This document shows, piece by piece, positions 13,885 to 25,347 of a stretch of DNA of 39,744 nucleotides. Each line of letters begins with the position of its first letter. Within the stretch, counting starts at the first letter, position 1. Under the pieces are notes generated by a model that was given only the letters and a program-made list of their open reading frames with translations, was not told the origin of the DNA and did no database searches. The position numbers and the translations under genes were made by a program. Source of the stretch: Octopus bimaculoides (lineage: Eukaryota); the NCBI RefSeq assembly GCF_001194135.2, contig NC_068982.1:81020798-81060541 (forward strand). The letters run 5' to 3'.

Positions 13885-13969
13885 TGTTTGAATGAAACTG
13901 TTTTGATTCATACATGTAACTCCCAGTAAATGTGTTGAGTGCTCTTCTTTCTTTCGTCCATTCACAATG

Positions 13970-14101
13970 TACGTATGCAAATGTGTATGTATGTATGTAT
14001 GTATGTATGTATGCATGTATGTATATATGTATGTATGTATGTATGCATGCATGTACGCATGCATGTATGTATGCATGTATATATGTATGTATGTATGCGT
14101 G

Positions 14102-14135
<34 letters not shown>

Positions 14136-14140
14136 TGTAT
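13970..14140. repeat. (TATG)n microsatellite
   Basis: Visible repeats. Confidence 0.95.
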
Positions 14141-14319
14141 TGCATATGAGTATTTGTAGGTACGCTATGTAAGTACGGGATGAGTTGTGGTAACGTTGGA
14201 AGTTTTTCTTGATACATTGATACGCGGTGTCTTCTATATTGGTGGGTTAGCTGCAGCTGATTTTGAAGTTATGTCTGCTGAACACTTTTCTGTGTGAATG
14301 TTTTGTGGGAGAAGTGTCC

Positions 14320-14492
14320 GCCCATTAATGCTAAAATGTATATGCAAAGACGACAGGCTAGCTATATTTAGAGACACAAAGGGAAGCACACTGGATAACT
14401 TTAGAAAATACTTCATACCAGCATTTAGCACATTCGGACACAAAATAACACATCACGACAACCGATCTAGTGGAGACGTCGTGCTATACTTG
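14320..14492 (+). pseudogene. Possible decayed Penelope-like reverse transcriptase fragment
   Basis: Translation ICKDDRLAIFRDTKGSTLDNFRKYFIPAFSTFGHKITHHDNRSSGDVVLYL resembles, from memory, the YRDDGLA...F...GLKIT...DVTLDL region of Penelope-like element RTs. Catalytic residues are degenerate. Confidence 0.45.
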
Positions 14493-14824
14493 TCCTCCAA
14501 TCTTCGTTTTTACTTCTCCAGTCCTTTCTCCACCAATCTCTCTTACATAGAACAAGGGATTCATGCCACCTCCACACTACAGTAAGTTTATTCCACCTAT
14601 TCTCTCTTTATTTACTTCCTCTTTGACTTCTCCGATACGATCTATCTGCTTCCGATGAATAAGTTAGTAGGTGTGTGCGTTTGTGTGGATATGTGTGTGG
14701 TTGGTCAATGTTCGTGTGTGTTTGCGCGTGTGTGTGTGTGTGTTATTAGATAGATGTCCCCTTGTGAGTCGATATAGTTAAGGCTGCAGAAAGACTTGTG
14801 GAAGGGTGAAGGAAGTGGGAGAGA

Positions 14825-14940
14825 TGCTGATGACGACGACGACGATGACGACGACGACGATGATGATGATGATGAAGATGATGACGTCGATGACGATGAT
14901 AACGATGATGATGATGACAGAATAGAACGATGATGATGCT
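14825..14940. repeat. (GAT)n/(GAC)n array
   Basis: Visible repeats. Confidence 0.9.
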
Positions 14941-15254
14941 ATTCCCAGCATCTTTCCACTGCTTCTTCTACTGGTGCTGCTGCCTGTTAAAACAATAAAT
15001 AACAAAAGCCAAACTTACCATCTGTTTAACGTTGTTAGGATGACTCACAGGTGGACGTCAACTGTTGTCAGTATATATAGCGTCACAGAGGAACGGTAGG
15101 AAAGTAATTTGCCGACTGACTGCGGCGAGTGACGAATAACAGCGGAAATTAACGATAGAATGCGATGAAGGACGAACGGTTTCGGCACTTTACGGAGGAG
15201 CTGAAAATTTAAGATTAGCTTCTACAACTTTTAATAACGACATCGTTATATTCC

Positions 15255-15400
15255 CTCTCGCCATCTCTTTCTTTCTCTCTCTTTCTCCCCTTTTTCTCTC
15301 CCCCTCTCTCTCTCTCTCTCTCTCTTTCTCCTCTCTCTCTCTCTCTCTTTCTCCTCTCTCTCTCCCCTCTCTCCCTCACTCACTCTCTTTATCTCTTTTT
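15255..15400. repeat. (CT)n polypyrimidine tract
   Basis: Visible repeats. Confidence 0.9.
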
Positions 15401-15469
15401 CTGTGACTTCTCTTGTTTTCTCTCCGCTTATTGCTTATCTATTTGATCATATGCTCATACATATGCGCA

Positions 15470-15552
15470 TGTATGTGTTGTTGACGCCATAAGAATTTTA
15501 TAAATGTTCGAGAAAACGAGAAGTAATTCTTATGCCGTCAACAATACATACA
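15470..15552. repeat. 28-bp inverted repeat (2 mismatches), 27-nt spacer
   Basis: tgtatgtgttgttgacgccataagaatt (15470-15497) versus aattcttatgccgtcaacaatacataca (15525-15552). Confidence 0.9.
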
Positions 15553-16138
15553 CGTACACACACACACACACACAAACGTGATAGAATTACCGGGAATTGC
15601 TACTTAAGGAGAGAGAATTGCTTCTAAGTTTAATATTCTTATGTTGAGAAATTATCATCAAAGAGTGAATAGAGGATACATATATTTCCAGATCCTTTTG
15701 TTTTTTCATGAGATAAAGGTTTTAAAGTCACTAGTAGCTGTGGATAGTACCATTTCGTCCTATTTCTAAAGTCTTCAGCCTGACATAACTCAAAATTTTA
15801 AAATTAGTTCATCTAAATTTATTTAAAAATTTAAAGAGATCTAATTCTTGTTGCTTTTTTTTTTTTTTTTTTTTTTTTTTTTGAGCATCACCTCTTCTAG
15901 TATGTATAATCGCTCTTTCCTAGTGTGAAATCTTAATGACTTTTGAGCACTGAAAGACGTCTGAAGTGCTGATCACATATACTACAGCTATGTCTCATTT
16001 CAGGATTCGCTCCATTTCCCGCTTGTTTATTATAAATGTTTAAGTGTCTCTTCAATCCTCCATGTGACTTGCAAGGTTTTTGACAGACATTGCTTTGAAA
16101 TTGGTCACCTGGAATGAAATATAAATATATACGTATAT

Positions 16139-16277
16139 GGCAGGTCAGTTTATTAAATGTATAATAATATTCTAAAATTACAATGTGTGTGTGTGTCTGT
16201 GTGTGTGTGTGTATGTGTGTCCAAGATTAGTGTAATTTTAGTATCTCATCACTATACATCTAATAAACTGACCTACC
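16139..16277. repeat. Fold-back element, ~45-bp arms around a (TG)n spacer
   Basis: ggcaggtcagtttattaaatgtataataatattctaaaattaca (16139-16182) versus the reverse complement of 16231-16277. Confidence 0.85.
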
Positions 16278-16367
16278 AACTTTTGTTATTCCAGATTGAA
16301 GGAGACAGAACTTTGAACATATCCTACTAAACACTGCTGACTAGTTTGCGAAAAAAATTCATTTCCG

Positions 16368-16454
16368 TCAGCAGTATGATATTCTAAATTATAAATTTGA
16401 ATTTATAAATTTATAAATTTGAATTCAAATTTATAATCTAGAATATCATGCTGA
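16368..16454. repeat. AT-rich palindrome with partial duplication in the left arm
   Basis: Perfect 26-bp palindrome ttataaatttgaattcaaatttataa at 16411-16436. Outer arms are tcagc..atgatattcta / tagaatatcatgctga. Confidence 0.9.
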
Positions 16455-16636
16455 TGATTGACTATGATTGACTAAATCTATAATTGACTTAAAACTGGTT
16501 GGTCCCGTTATTTTTTCTTCTTGTTTTGCGTTTGTGAGTTACAAGTATTGCTATCTGTTGGAGACTTATTGTAGTAGTAGAATTAGTACTTTAACTGCTA
16601 TTTCTAAAATTCGTTATGTGGTGAAGCAACTGCTGC

Positions 16637-16809
16637 TGATCCCTTAATTATGTTTATAATCTTAAAAGAACTTTTTTTTATATAAGTTCTTTACCGATAA
16701 TGGTTTTTTCCATACCGAACTACTTGGTAAAAACTATTAATTATTAATTTATTAATGAATTAATAATCCTTTACTCTATATCTGTAATGATATATATATA
16801 TATATATAT

Positions 16810-16844
<35 letters not shown>

Positions 16845-17414
16845 CATACATACATACATACATACATACATACATACATACATACATACATACATAAAGA
16901 TTTGTGTATGTGTGTGCGTGTGTATTGAAACTGAAACCGCGAGCTTGTCGTGTGAGTTGAGTTTCACACCCCTTCGATCTACAGGCGAGAACAGCTACAA
17001 CTCTGTATTTAGTATTGTTTTTAGATCCTTTTATAAATAGTGTGATCTAGTGTTTCTGGCAGTTCATTGGTTAAATTTTGGTGTTTATTCATCTATAGGT
17101 GCTTAACTAACCTACGTAGAGGCTGTTTATGTTATTTTTTACAATGTACTGTTTGTATTTCTTACAATTATAGGTGGGAGGGTGTTTTATACACATACAC
17201 ACACACATACATGCATATATATATACATATATGTATATGTGTATACATATATATATATATACAAATTAAAAGGGTAAAGGATTATCAATTTATTAATTAA
17301 TAAATCAATTAACAATTAACAATTTTTACCAAGCCCATCGGTATGAAAGCACCATTATTGGTGGAGAACTTATTTAAAAGCTCATATATATTTATAAATA
17401 TAATTAAGGGATCA
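16637..17414. mobile_element. Fold-back/MITE-like element with ~140-bp imperfect terminal inverted arms
   Basis: 16637-16777 aligns to the reverse complement of 17271-17414 (tgatcccttaattat..., ataagttct, ataatggt, cataccga, cttggtaaaaa, ataatccttt). The interior contains (AT)/(AGAT)/(ACAT) repeats. No TSD identified. Confidence 0.75.
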
Positions 17415-19734
17415 CTTGTCGCGCACATGGTAATTTCTTGAGGAAGGGACAGTTAGACTGGCTGACCGAGGTGGATTTGGTTATGCTTTCAGACCTGTGT
17501 CGGTGTGGTTTGTTACTAGTCCATGCTTACACAGTTTGCTAGCATAGTCAAATTTACTACTGGAATACAGTATTGATGAAGGAAATTGATTATTATCAAT
17601 CATGATCCAGAAACGCGTCTACTGTTAATCATCGGAATTGGTTNNNNNNNNNNNNNNNNNNNNNNNNNNNNNNNNNNNNNNNNNNNNNNNNNNNNNNNNN
17701 NNNNNNNNNNNNNNNNNNNNNNNNNNNNNNNNNNNNNNNNNNNNNNNNNNNNNNNNNNNNNNNNNNNNNNNNNNNNNNNNNNNNNNNNNNNNNNNNNNNN
17801 NNNNNNNNNNNNNNNNNNNNNNNNNNNNNNNNNNNNNNNNNNNNNNNNNNNNNNNNNNNNNNNNNNNNNNNNNNNNNNNNNNNNNNNNNNNNNNNNNNNN
17901 NNNNNNNNNNNNNNNNNNNNNNNNNNNNNNNNNNNNNNNNNNNNNNNNNNNNNNNNNNNNNNNNNNNNNNNNNNNNNNNNNNNNNNNNNNNNNNNNNNNN
18001 NNNNNNNNNNNNNNNNNNNNNNNNNNNNNNNNNNNNNNNNNNNNNNNNNNNNNNNNNNNNNNNNNNNNNNNNNNNNNNNNNNNNNNNNNNNNNNNNNNNN
18101 NNNNNNNNNNNNNNNNNNNNNNNNNNNNNNNNNNNNNNNNNNNNNNNNNNNNNNNNNNNNNNNNNNNNNNNNNNNNNNNNNNNNNNNNNNNNNNNNNNNN
18201 NNNNNNNNNNNNNNNNNNNNNNNNNNNNNNNNNNNNNNNNNNNNNNNNNNNNNNNNNNNNNNNNNNNNNNNNNNNNNNNNNNNNNNNNNNNNNNNNNNNN
18301 NNNNNNNNNNNNNNNNNNNNNNNNNNNNNNNNNNNNNNNNNNNNNNNNNNNNNNNNNNNNNNNNNNNNNNNNNNNNNNNNNNNNNNNNNNNNNNNNNNNN
18401 NNNNNNNNNNNNNNNNNNNNNNNNNNNNNNNNNNNNNNNNNNNNNNNNNNNNNNNNNNNNNNNNNNNNNNNNNNNNNNNNNNNNNNNNNNNNNNNNNNNN
18501 NNNNNNNNNNNNNNNNNNNNNNNNNNNNNNNNNNNNNNNNNNNNNNNNNNNNNNNNNNNNNNNNNNNNNNNNNNNNNNNNNNNNNNNNNNNNNNNNNNNN
18601 NNNNNNNNNNNNNNNNNNNNNNNNNNNNNNNNNNNNNACACAGGTTTTTCTCTAATTCGTTGTATGTACATAGGTTTTTTTTTATGTAGGGTCTTCCATA
18701 TTTTTTAATTTATATGGTCATATATTGGCATTAGAGAATATTCTTTAGTGGTTTTCACATTTTTTTTATTTATTATTTATCTATATATTGCAATTATGTA
18801 TTATTATTTGGTTAGAGAATAAAAGTGAAAAGATTTTGTCTATTTCGACTTTCCACCTGCGACGGTAATTAAATCGACTAGGAACACTATACACGATGAA
18901 TATTCAATACTAAACAATCTTAATCTCCATATTTAAACTACATTAAACTTGGGCAAGCTTACCTTTACCTATTCTGAGGCACAAAAGGTGTTGTTCCTTT
19001 CCCTCTCTTCTATTTGTTGATACCTTTGTTTACCTGCCAATGCATTGTTTCACATTAAGGATTCTTATTTACCCATCCATTATGTTAATTGGAACGCGAA
19101 ATCATTTCACAGCAAGCTGCTACAAATTTAAACCAGTATTCATGAATTGAAGTCAAACTCTTCATGTCTTCATTTTTCGTCAATTTCAGAGTGGTCGTAC
19201 ACTGTAAGCACGTTGCAAATACATTCCTTGAACTCTACTTTTTCAAGTAGGTATTATATTGCCATTTTGTAACGTACCAATCATACTTCTCTCCGAAATG
19301 ACAGCTCCCTTTGCTGTTGAATAAAATAAACTCGCAGAGGGGGAGTTTCAACGTCTTCCTTCAATTTCATTACACCGTTTATGTGTTTGTTTCTGACAAG
19401 AAATTTCGCTTTCATGTAAAACAACTACACTTCATAGTCATTATCCGTAATCTACTCCCAAAACACTTCAGTAGCTCTACTTTGCATCGCTTGCAAACTT
19501 ATATGTTCTATGATCATTAAAGTGCAAAATAACCAGCCTTCAATTTTGGTTTTCTGTTCCTAGGATAATCGGAAACATAGATTGCCGTACTACTCATAAA
19601 CCTTCTCGGTAGTTCAATTATTTAGTGAAAAAAATACCACCAAAGCAACTTAAACTGTCCAAAGGACGGGTGCGTTTGCTAGTTTATTTATATATGTATA
19701 TCTATTTATATTTTACTAATAACCCGGTTACTGC

Positions 19735-19752
19735 TGTTACTGCTGCTGCTGT

Positions 19753-19799
<47 letters not shown>

Positions 19800-20701
19800 A
19801 ACAAAACCATTTCAACACTTGCTCTTACATATTTACCATCACCACCACCACCACCACCACTACCACCACCATCATCATCAGACCCACCACCATAGCCATC
19901 ACTACCAGCAGCAACACCACCATTGCCACTACCACTACTACGATCACAACCACCATCACAACGATTGGTTCTTCATATTATCTCAAGGTTATATTACAAC
20001 CACCTTGCTATCACCACCAGCACCACTCCACCACCGCCACCATTAGCATTCTGCAGTCACCTTTGTCGTTAACAACCGTTTTGTGCTTTCATTAACTCAA
20101 GGTCATATCATCCCCCACCCCACGTGCATGCATACTCACACATCTACACATACATATGCGTGCGCGTGCACTCAGTCTCAACGACAATCTTCCCGACTGC
20201 CATCACACCATTTCGACATCACCACCAATATCACTGCCACCAATATTACCGTCCCCACAACAACCAACAATAACACCATCACCATCACCATCACGACCAC
20301 TACTGTCATCAAACACTCTATTGCCCCCACGACCACTACTCCGCCATATCGACAATATCACCATTGAATTACAAAGAGTTCGCATGTACTTTATTCTTAC
20401 AAAAATATCATAAATAAAATAAAACACGTTTCTTTTATTGCCGCCATTGTCATACAGTAGAACCGCCATTGCTTCAATAACGGATTGACCTCTGACCCAG
20501 AGAACAAAATCTTGAGTTACTGATAGAATTAGTACTGGTGATGGTGACAACATCAGCAGAAGCTGCTATAATAGCAGCAGCAGCAGCAGCAGTAGAAAAA
20601 GCAGCAGCAACAACAACAACAGCAGCACCACTACCAGCAACAGCAACAACAGCAGCAGCAGTAGCAGTAGTAGTCGTACTAGTAGTCGTAGTAGTAGTAG
20701 C

Positions 20702-20743
<42 letters not shown>

Positions 20744-20790
20744 TGTTGTTGTTGTTGTTGTTGTTGTTGCAGCAGCTGCAGTACAATTGT
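19735..20790. repeat. (ACT)n, (ACC)n, degenerate CAY-rich and (AGC/AAC/AGT/GTT)n arrays
   Basis: Visible repeats, interspersed with short unique stretches. Confidence 0.85.
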
Positions 20791-21542
20791 CACCATCATT
20801 GTCACTGTATTCTTGTTGTTGTTATCTAACCCACCCTCTCCCGATTTCTTTTATGTTTAACTGTCATATCCTTCTATGACCAAACGGTATCGTCCGACTG
20901 ACATCCTTGTGACTATGCTTCGGCTTCTGTCTTCCCTCATGCAGGACTACCATCATTCAGTATGCCATCCATTTTAAAAACAGTTATTGGTTGCTGTCTC
21001 TACTAAATCAGGGCGTCTTCGTAGAAACCCATTCATTGGTTTGACTTTGGAACAACATACAATATTGGTTGAATTCGTGTGATTTCGCTGGTTATGCACG
21101 TGTCTTTAGATAAACACTTCATTCCCAACGATGAGAGTTCAATCTCTAGTGATAGCAAATTGCAGAAAGTAAAGGCTTCCTGCCTTATAGTAACAGATCT
21201 AATTCCTCCCGCGAGATGTTTGTTATGTTTGGGGAAAACGTGCCCCAAGTCTGCGATTCTAAAATAATCTTAACTAAACAAACAAAAGCCAGTGACACTA
21301 GTTTCTGCTCTATCACAAACAACTCGATAGGACCGATGCCTATACTCACATAACATGATATTTTCTACGAAAACCTTACACTTGAAAGAAATAATAGCGT
21401 GGTTATGGATGGAACATTGCGAGAAAGATGGAGATCATGGAAAGTAATTCGCAGCTCAACAAGCAGATGGAACTCAAGTAATGAAAGATTCGGAAGCAAG
21501 GATTCCACACAAAACACAGAAGGTAGGAATATCTCAACGCAA

Positions 21543-21591
<49 letters not shown>

Positions 21592-22369
21592 ACACCTAGC
21601 TACCATAAACAATTGACACCCCTCCCATCATTTTTTCTACTATCTACCTCTAGTCTTCATAGACACATCGCGAACACTTCAAATTTAAATCTATCCGATG
21701 AAGACGAGACAGAATTACCGTTCACAGATGTCAATAACATCTCAATCATAAGCGGAGACACTGCGTTCAAACTGGTCACATCCATACAATGTTTGCTCTT
21801 TGTTAGAACAGCTGTAGATTGATTTAAGCAATAAATCACTTTACAGAAAGTAAGAACATGGACGACTCCACCAACAGACAAACTTTATTATTATGTGACA
21901 AGCAACTTAAAGCAACACAGTATATTTGGTGAGTTTGGAATAAGTTCATAAGCTGCGGGAAGAAGAGAAATGTGATGTTTTGGAACTAATTCCTTCGTCT
22001 CTGACGTGTCCACAGAAGAACTGAGAGTATCTACTCCGAGAGTGGATGAGGAGGAAATAGGAGTACACGCTAAATGGGCAAATATAGCAAATTTTGTAAA
22101 ATAATTATTTACTGATAAATGAGAAATGTAACTGTAATGGGGTGTTGATGAGAGAACATTAAAGTGATTAAATGCGAAGTGGTGGATGTAAACAAAATAG
22201 GTATCCGTCACTATCAGCGAGGAGTGTTCAGTTATTCGATCAACTGAACTACTTTGAATTGGCATGTATGTGGCCGAATATTCCACAGACACATGTGAAA
22301 GTAACTTGGCATAGAGTGTAACAAGACTGGACAATCCATCAGACAGACGTTCATGTAGTTTATCTCGGT

Positions 22370-22487
22370 CCAGTTTCACTAAGGCTCGGGTTGAGCCGAC
22401 AGCATAGTAAAAGACCATCCAAGATGTCAAGCAGTGGGGTCTATTCTGGAATCACGTGATTACGAAGCGAGCGTGTTATTCATGGAG
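22370..22487 (-). mobile_element. Degenerate SINE family B-like head
   Basis: Similar to 3260-3396 (aaggct...catagtaaaagac...ccaagatgtcaagcagtggg...ggaatcacgtgattacgaagc). Confidence 0.6.
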
Positions 22488-22621
22488 TTTGTGATGTTTT
22501 AAGCAGATAATATTGATCCCCTTCAGTTTCCTCAGACACTGCTCTTTCACTTCAAAGAATCAGACCAACCAGTCGACAGCAAATTCACTCATGAAACACG
22601 ACTTCGAAATTTAACTTTTAA

Positions 22622-22928
22622 CTCTTTAGCTTTCAGATTACTCTGTCAAATGTGATGCTTATTTTTCACATTCTTTTTAAATTAATCAATCATAATCTCT
22701 CAGCCCCGAGAATTCGATGATGCGATTGCATATCAATTGCATATCGAAAGAATTGCATATCGAAAGATTGCATATCGAAAGATTGCATATCGAAAGATAG
22801 CATATCGAAAGATAGCATATCGAAAGATTGACATTGTGGGTCAGGTATGAGCGGCCGTATCTTAGCGGTTTGAAGATAAAACAGGCAGAATGTTTGGGCA
22901 TGATATGGCTGGTCTAAATGCTGCAGAG
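22622..22928. mobile_element. piggyBac-type MITE containing an expanded 15-bp minisatellite
   Basis: TTAA at 22618-22621 and 22929-22932. Homologous to 7830-8047 (ctgtcaaatg, aaacagg.agaat, taaatgc). Confidence 0.8.
22725..22830. repeat. Minisatellite (AT(T/A)GCATATCGAAAG), 6 full units plus partial units
   Basis: Units start at 22736, 22752, 22767, 22782, 22797 and 22812, with partial units at 22725 and 22827. Confidence 0.97.
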
Positions 22929-23164
22929 TTAACTATAAACCATTCCATAGGTGTGTAGCTTGCAGTATTAATTTCGTATCACAATATTCTGAGTTCAAAT
23001 CTCGCTGATTTATAAACCAGATGAAGTTTTCTGTCTAGGCTCATCACGTCGATCTTCTTTATTGCATCAAACACCAGAAAACCGACACTCAACTTCTCGA
23101 GCTCTACAAAATCACAAACACCTGTAACACCTGAGGAACTTCAAGGAATAATTACATCACTCAC

Positions 23165-23165
23165 C

Positions 23166-23210
<45 letters not shown>

Positions 23211-23480
23211 CAGCAGCAGCAACAGTAGTAGTAGTACTGCTACTAGTAATGAAAATAGAAATAACTGAAACATGAATGCTGACATATTTCAACTTCCTGT
23301 TTGACACTGTGACTCATCATTCAAGACTGTCTTCCCATCACTTACCTCCCTTAGCACCTACTTCTTTTCTTCTGTCGTTTTAGTTTGTTTTTTGTTTTGT
23401 TTATTTTGTGTTATTTTCCTTTTCTGTTTTTCCTGACATTTTTTCAGGTTTTTTTTGTCTGTTTTCGTTCATAATGCATT

Positions 23481-23520
<40 letters not shown>

Positions 23521-23629
23521 GCTTTCCTTCTTGCTTTCTTTCATCGTCATCATCATCGTAGTCGTCATCCTCGTCATCTTGATCATCGTCACTACCTCTT
23601 CCACCACCACCGCCGCCGCCGTCGCCGCC

Positions 23630-23663
<34 letters not shown>

Positions 23664-23881
23664 TCCCATTCAGCCATTTCACTTTCTTCTCCCCGATTTC
23701 TTTATTTTTTAATTCTTTTCTTTTATATTTTTAGTTCTTTCCATTCGTTTTGTATTTTCAGACTTGTTCTTCATTCTGCCATTATTTATTTATTTGTTTA
23801 TTTATTTATTTTTATCAATATAGGTTCGTGGAACTGGTGTTGCTGCAGTTGTCGTTTTGGTTTCTTCATGTGGTTATTTTT

Positions 23882-23962
<81 letters not shown>

Positions 23963-24685
23963 TCTCGTCCACTTATTGCTCCGCCTCTTTAATAACATCA
24001 CAGCGTATTCCGATTTCCTTTGAAGTAAAACATCAAAATGTCGAACGGCCAGAGTGGGACTTTAAACATGGCGGTAGTGATGGGGGTAGGGTGAGAAGGA
24101 TGTATGGAGGGTAATAGATAGGGGAGGGGAATGGGTGGGGCGAGGGGGGAGAGAGGGGAATGTGTTGGAGAGAAATATGGAGTGGAAGTGGAAGAGGAGA
24201 GGAAAAGAAGTAAAAGTAAAACAAGAGACGAAAAGCAAAACGACGAGGAAGAAGGAGCTGAAATAGAAAAAGAAAAGAAGAGAAAAAGGAAAAAGAAGGA
24301 AAGAAAGGAAACGAAAAAGAAGGAAAAGAAGGAGACGTTAAATTGTGTTGACGACTATAACGGCGTCGACAATGATGGTGATGGTGATGATGATTTTGGT
24401 AGTGGTGGTAGTGGTGGTAGTGGTGGTAGTGATGGTAGTGGTGGTCTACGTGGTGGTGGTGGTGGTGGTGTGTGTGTGTGATGGTGGTGATTGTGATAGG
24501 GGAGATTATGAGGAAAAGAAAGAAGACAAGAAATAAGATAAAGTTAGATGGGGAAATAAAGATAAACGAGAGAGAGAAAGAGAAAGAGAGAGAGACAGTG
24601 AGAGAGAGAGCGAGAAAGAAAGAGTGTGAAAGGCGCAAAGAGAGGGAGAGAATGGTGATGAGATAGAGGGAGAGAGAGAGAGGTG
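23165..24685. repeat. Series of microsatellites: (AGT)n, (CTTT)n, (CAT/CAC)n, (GCT/ACT)n, purine-rich GA tract, (GGT)n, (AG)n
   Basis: Visible repeats. They explain the low-complexity ORFs at 23401-24775. Confidence 0.85.
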
Positions 24686-25347
24686 GCGATGAAAAAAAAC
24701 ACATTCGTCCATCAAACGTTCGAATTGAATGCTTCGATCTCTAAAAGATCGCTGAGAGAAATCGATATAGAACACGGGCGAAGGATGGAGGAGGTGGTTG
24801 ATAGGTCAGAAGGTAGAGGGGCGAGGGGTCAAGGTGGAGATGTTCACAAGATTGATTGCAGAAGATGTCTGAAGAACGTTCTGTGACGATGCAGACGATA
24901 AATTGGTTTGAGGCTGCACCGTGTTTGGTATGGCAGAGATAGATCGATCTATCGATACATGGATGGATGGATGGTTGAATGGGATCAATATTGGCATCGA
25001 TGGATGATATATTGAATGGTGAGGCATGGAGGGATTGGATGGTAATGGAGTGGCAGGGAGGAGATTGGCGAAATATGGAGAAAGCGTTAGTTGGAGGTTG
25101 ATGGCAAGGGAGGTGTGTCTCGTAGATGAGGCGGTATTGAAACATTATGTATTGGAGAAGAAGTTGGACACCTTGTAAGATGTTGTGGAGATGATGTGAC
25201 TGTGTGGGAAGGAGGACAGTGAGCGTGTACGTTTGCATATATGTATGCATACAAATGTGTGTGTGTGTGTGTGTGTAAATACGAGTGTGTGAACAAACGA
25301 AAGAAAGTGGCGCTGAACACATTCGGTAGAAGTCACATAGATTATTT

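Noticed and set aside
15855-15882. T28 run as the poly(A) tail of a processed pseudogene
   Set aside because: No nearby polyadenylation signal on the minus strand, no TSD found and no coding frame.
21891-22430. 179-aa minus-strand ORF, the longest non-repeat-looking ORF
   Set aside because: Its first part derives from a degenerate SINE, and the rest shows no recognisable motif.
22725-22830. CRISPR-like array
   Set aside because: The units are head-to-tail with no unique spacers, the context is eukaryotic and there are no cas genes. It is a minisatellite.
23041-23165. Segment open in several frames with splice-like signals on both strands
   Set aside because: Short, no frame is preferred and no homology is recognised.
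24938-24953. 16-bp perfect palindrome gatagatcgatctatc
   Set aside because: Explained by head-to-head (GATA)/(TATC) simple-repeat units.
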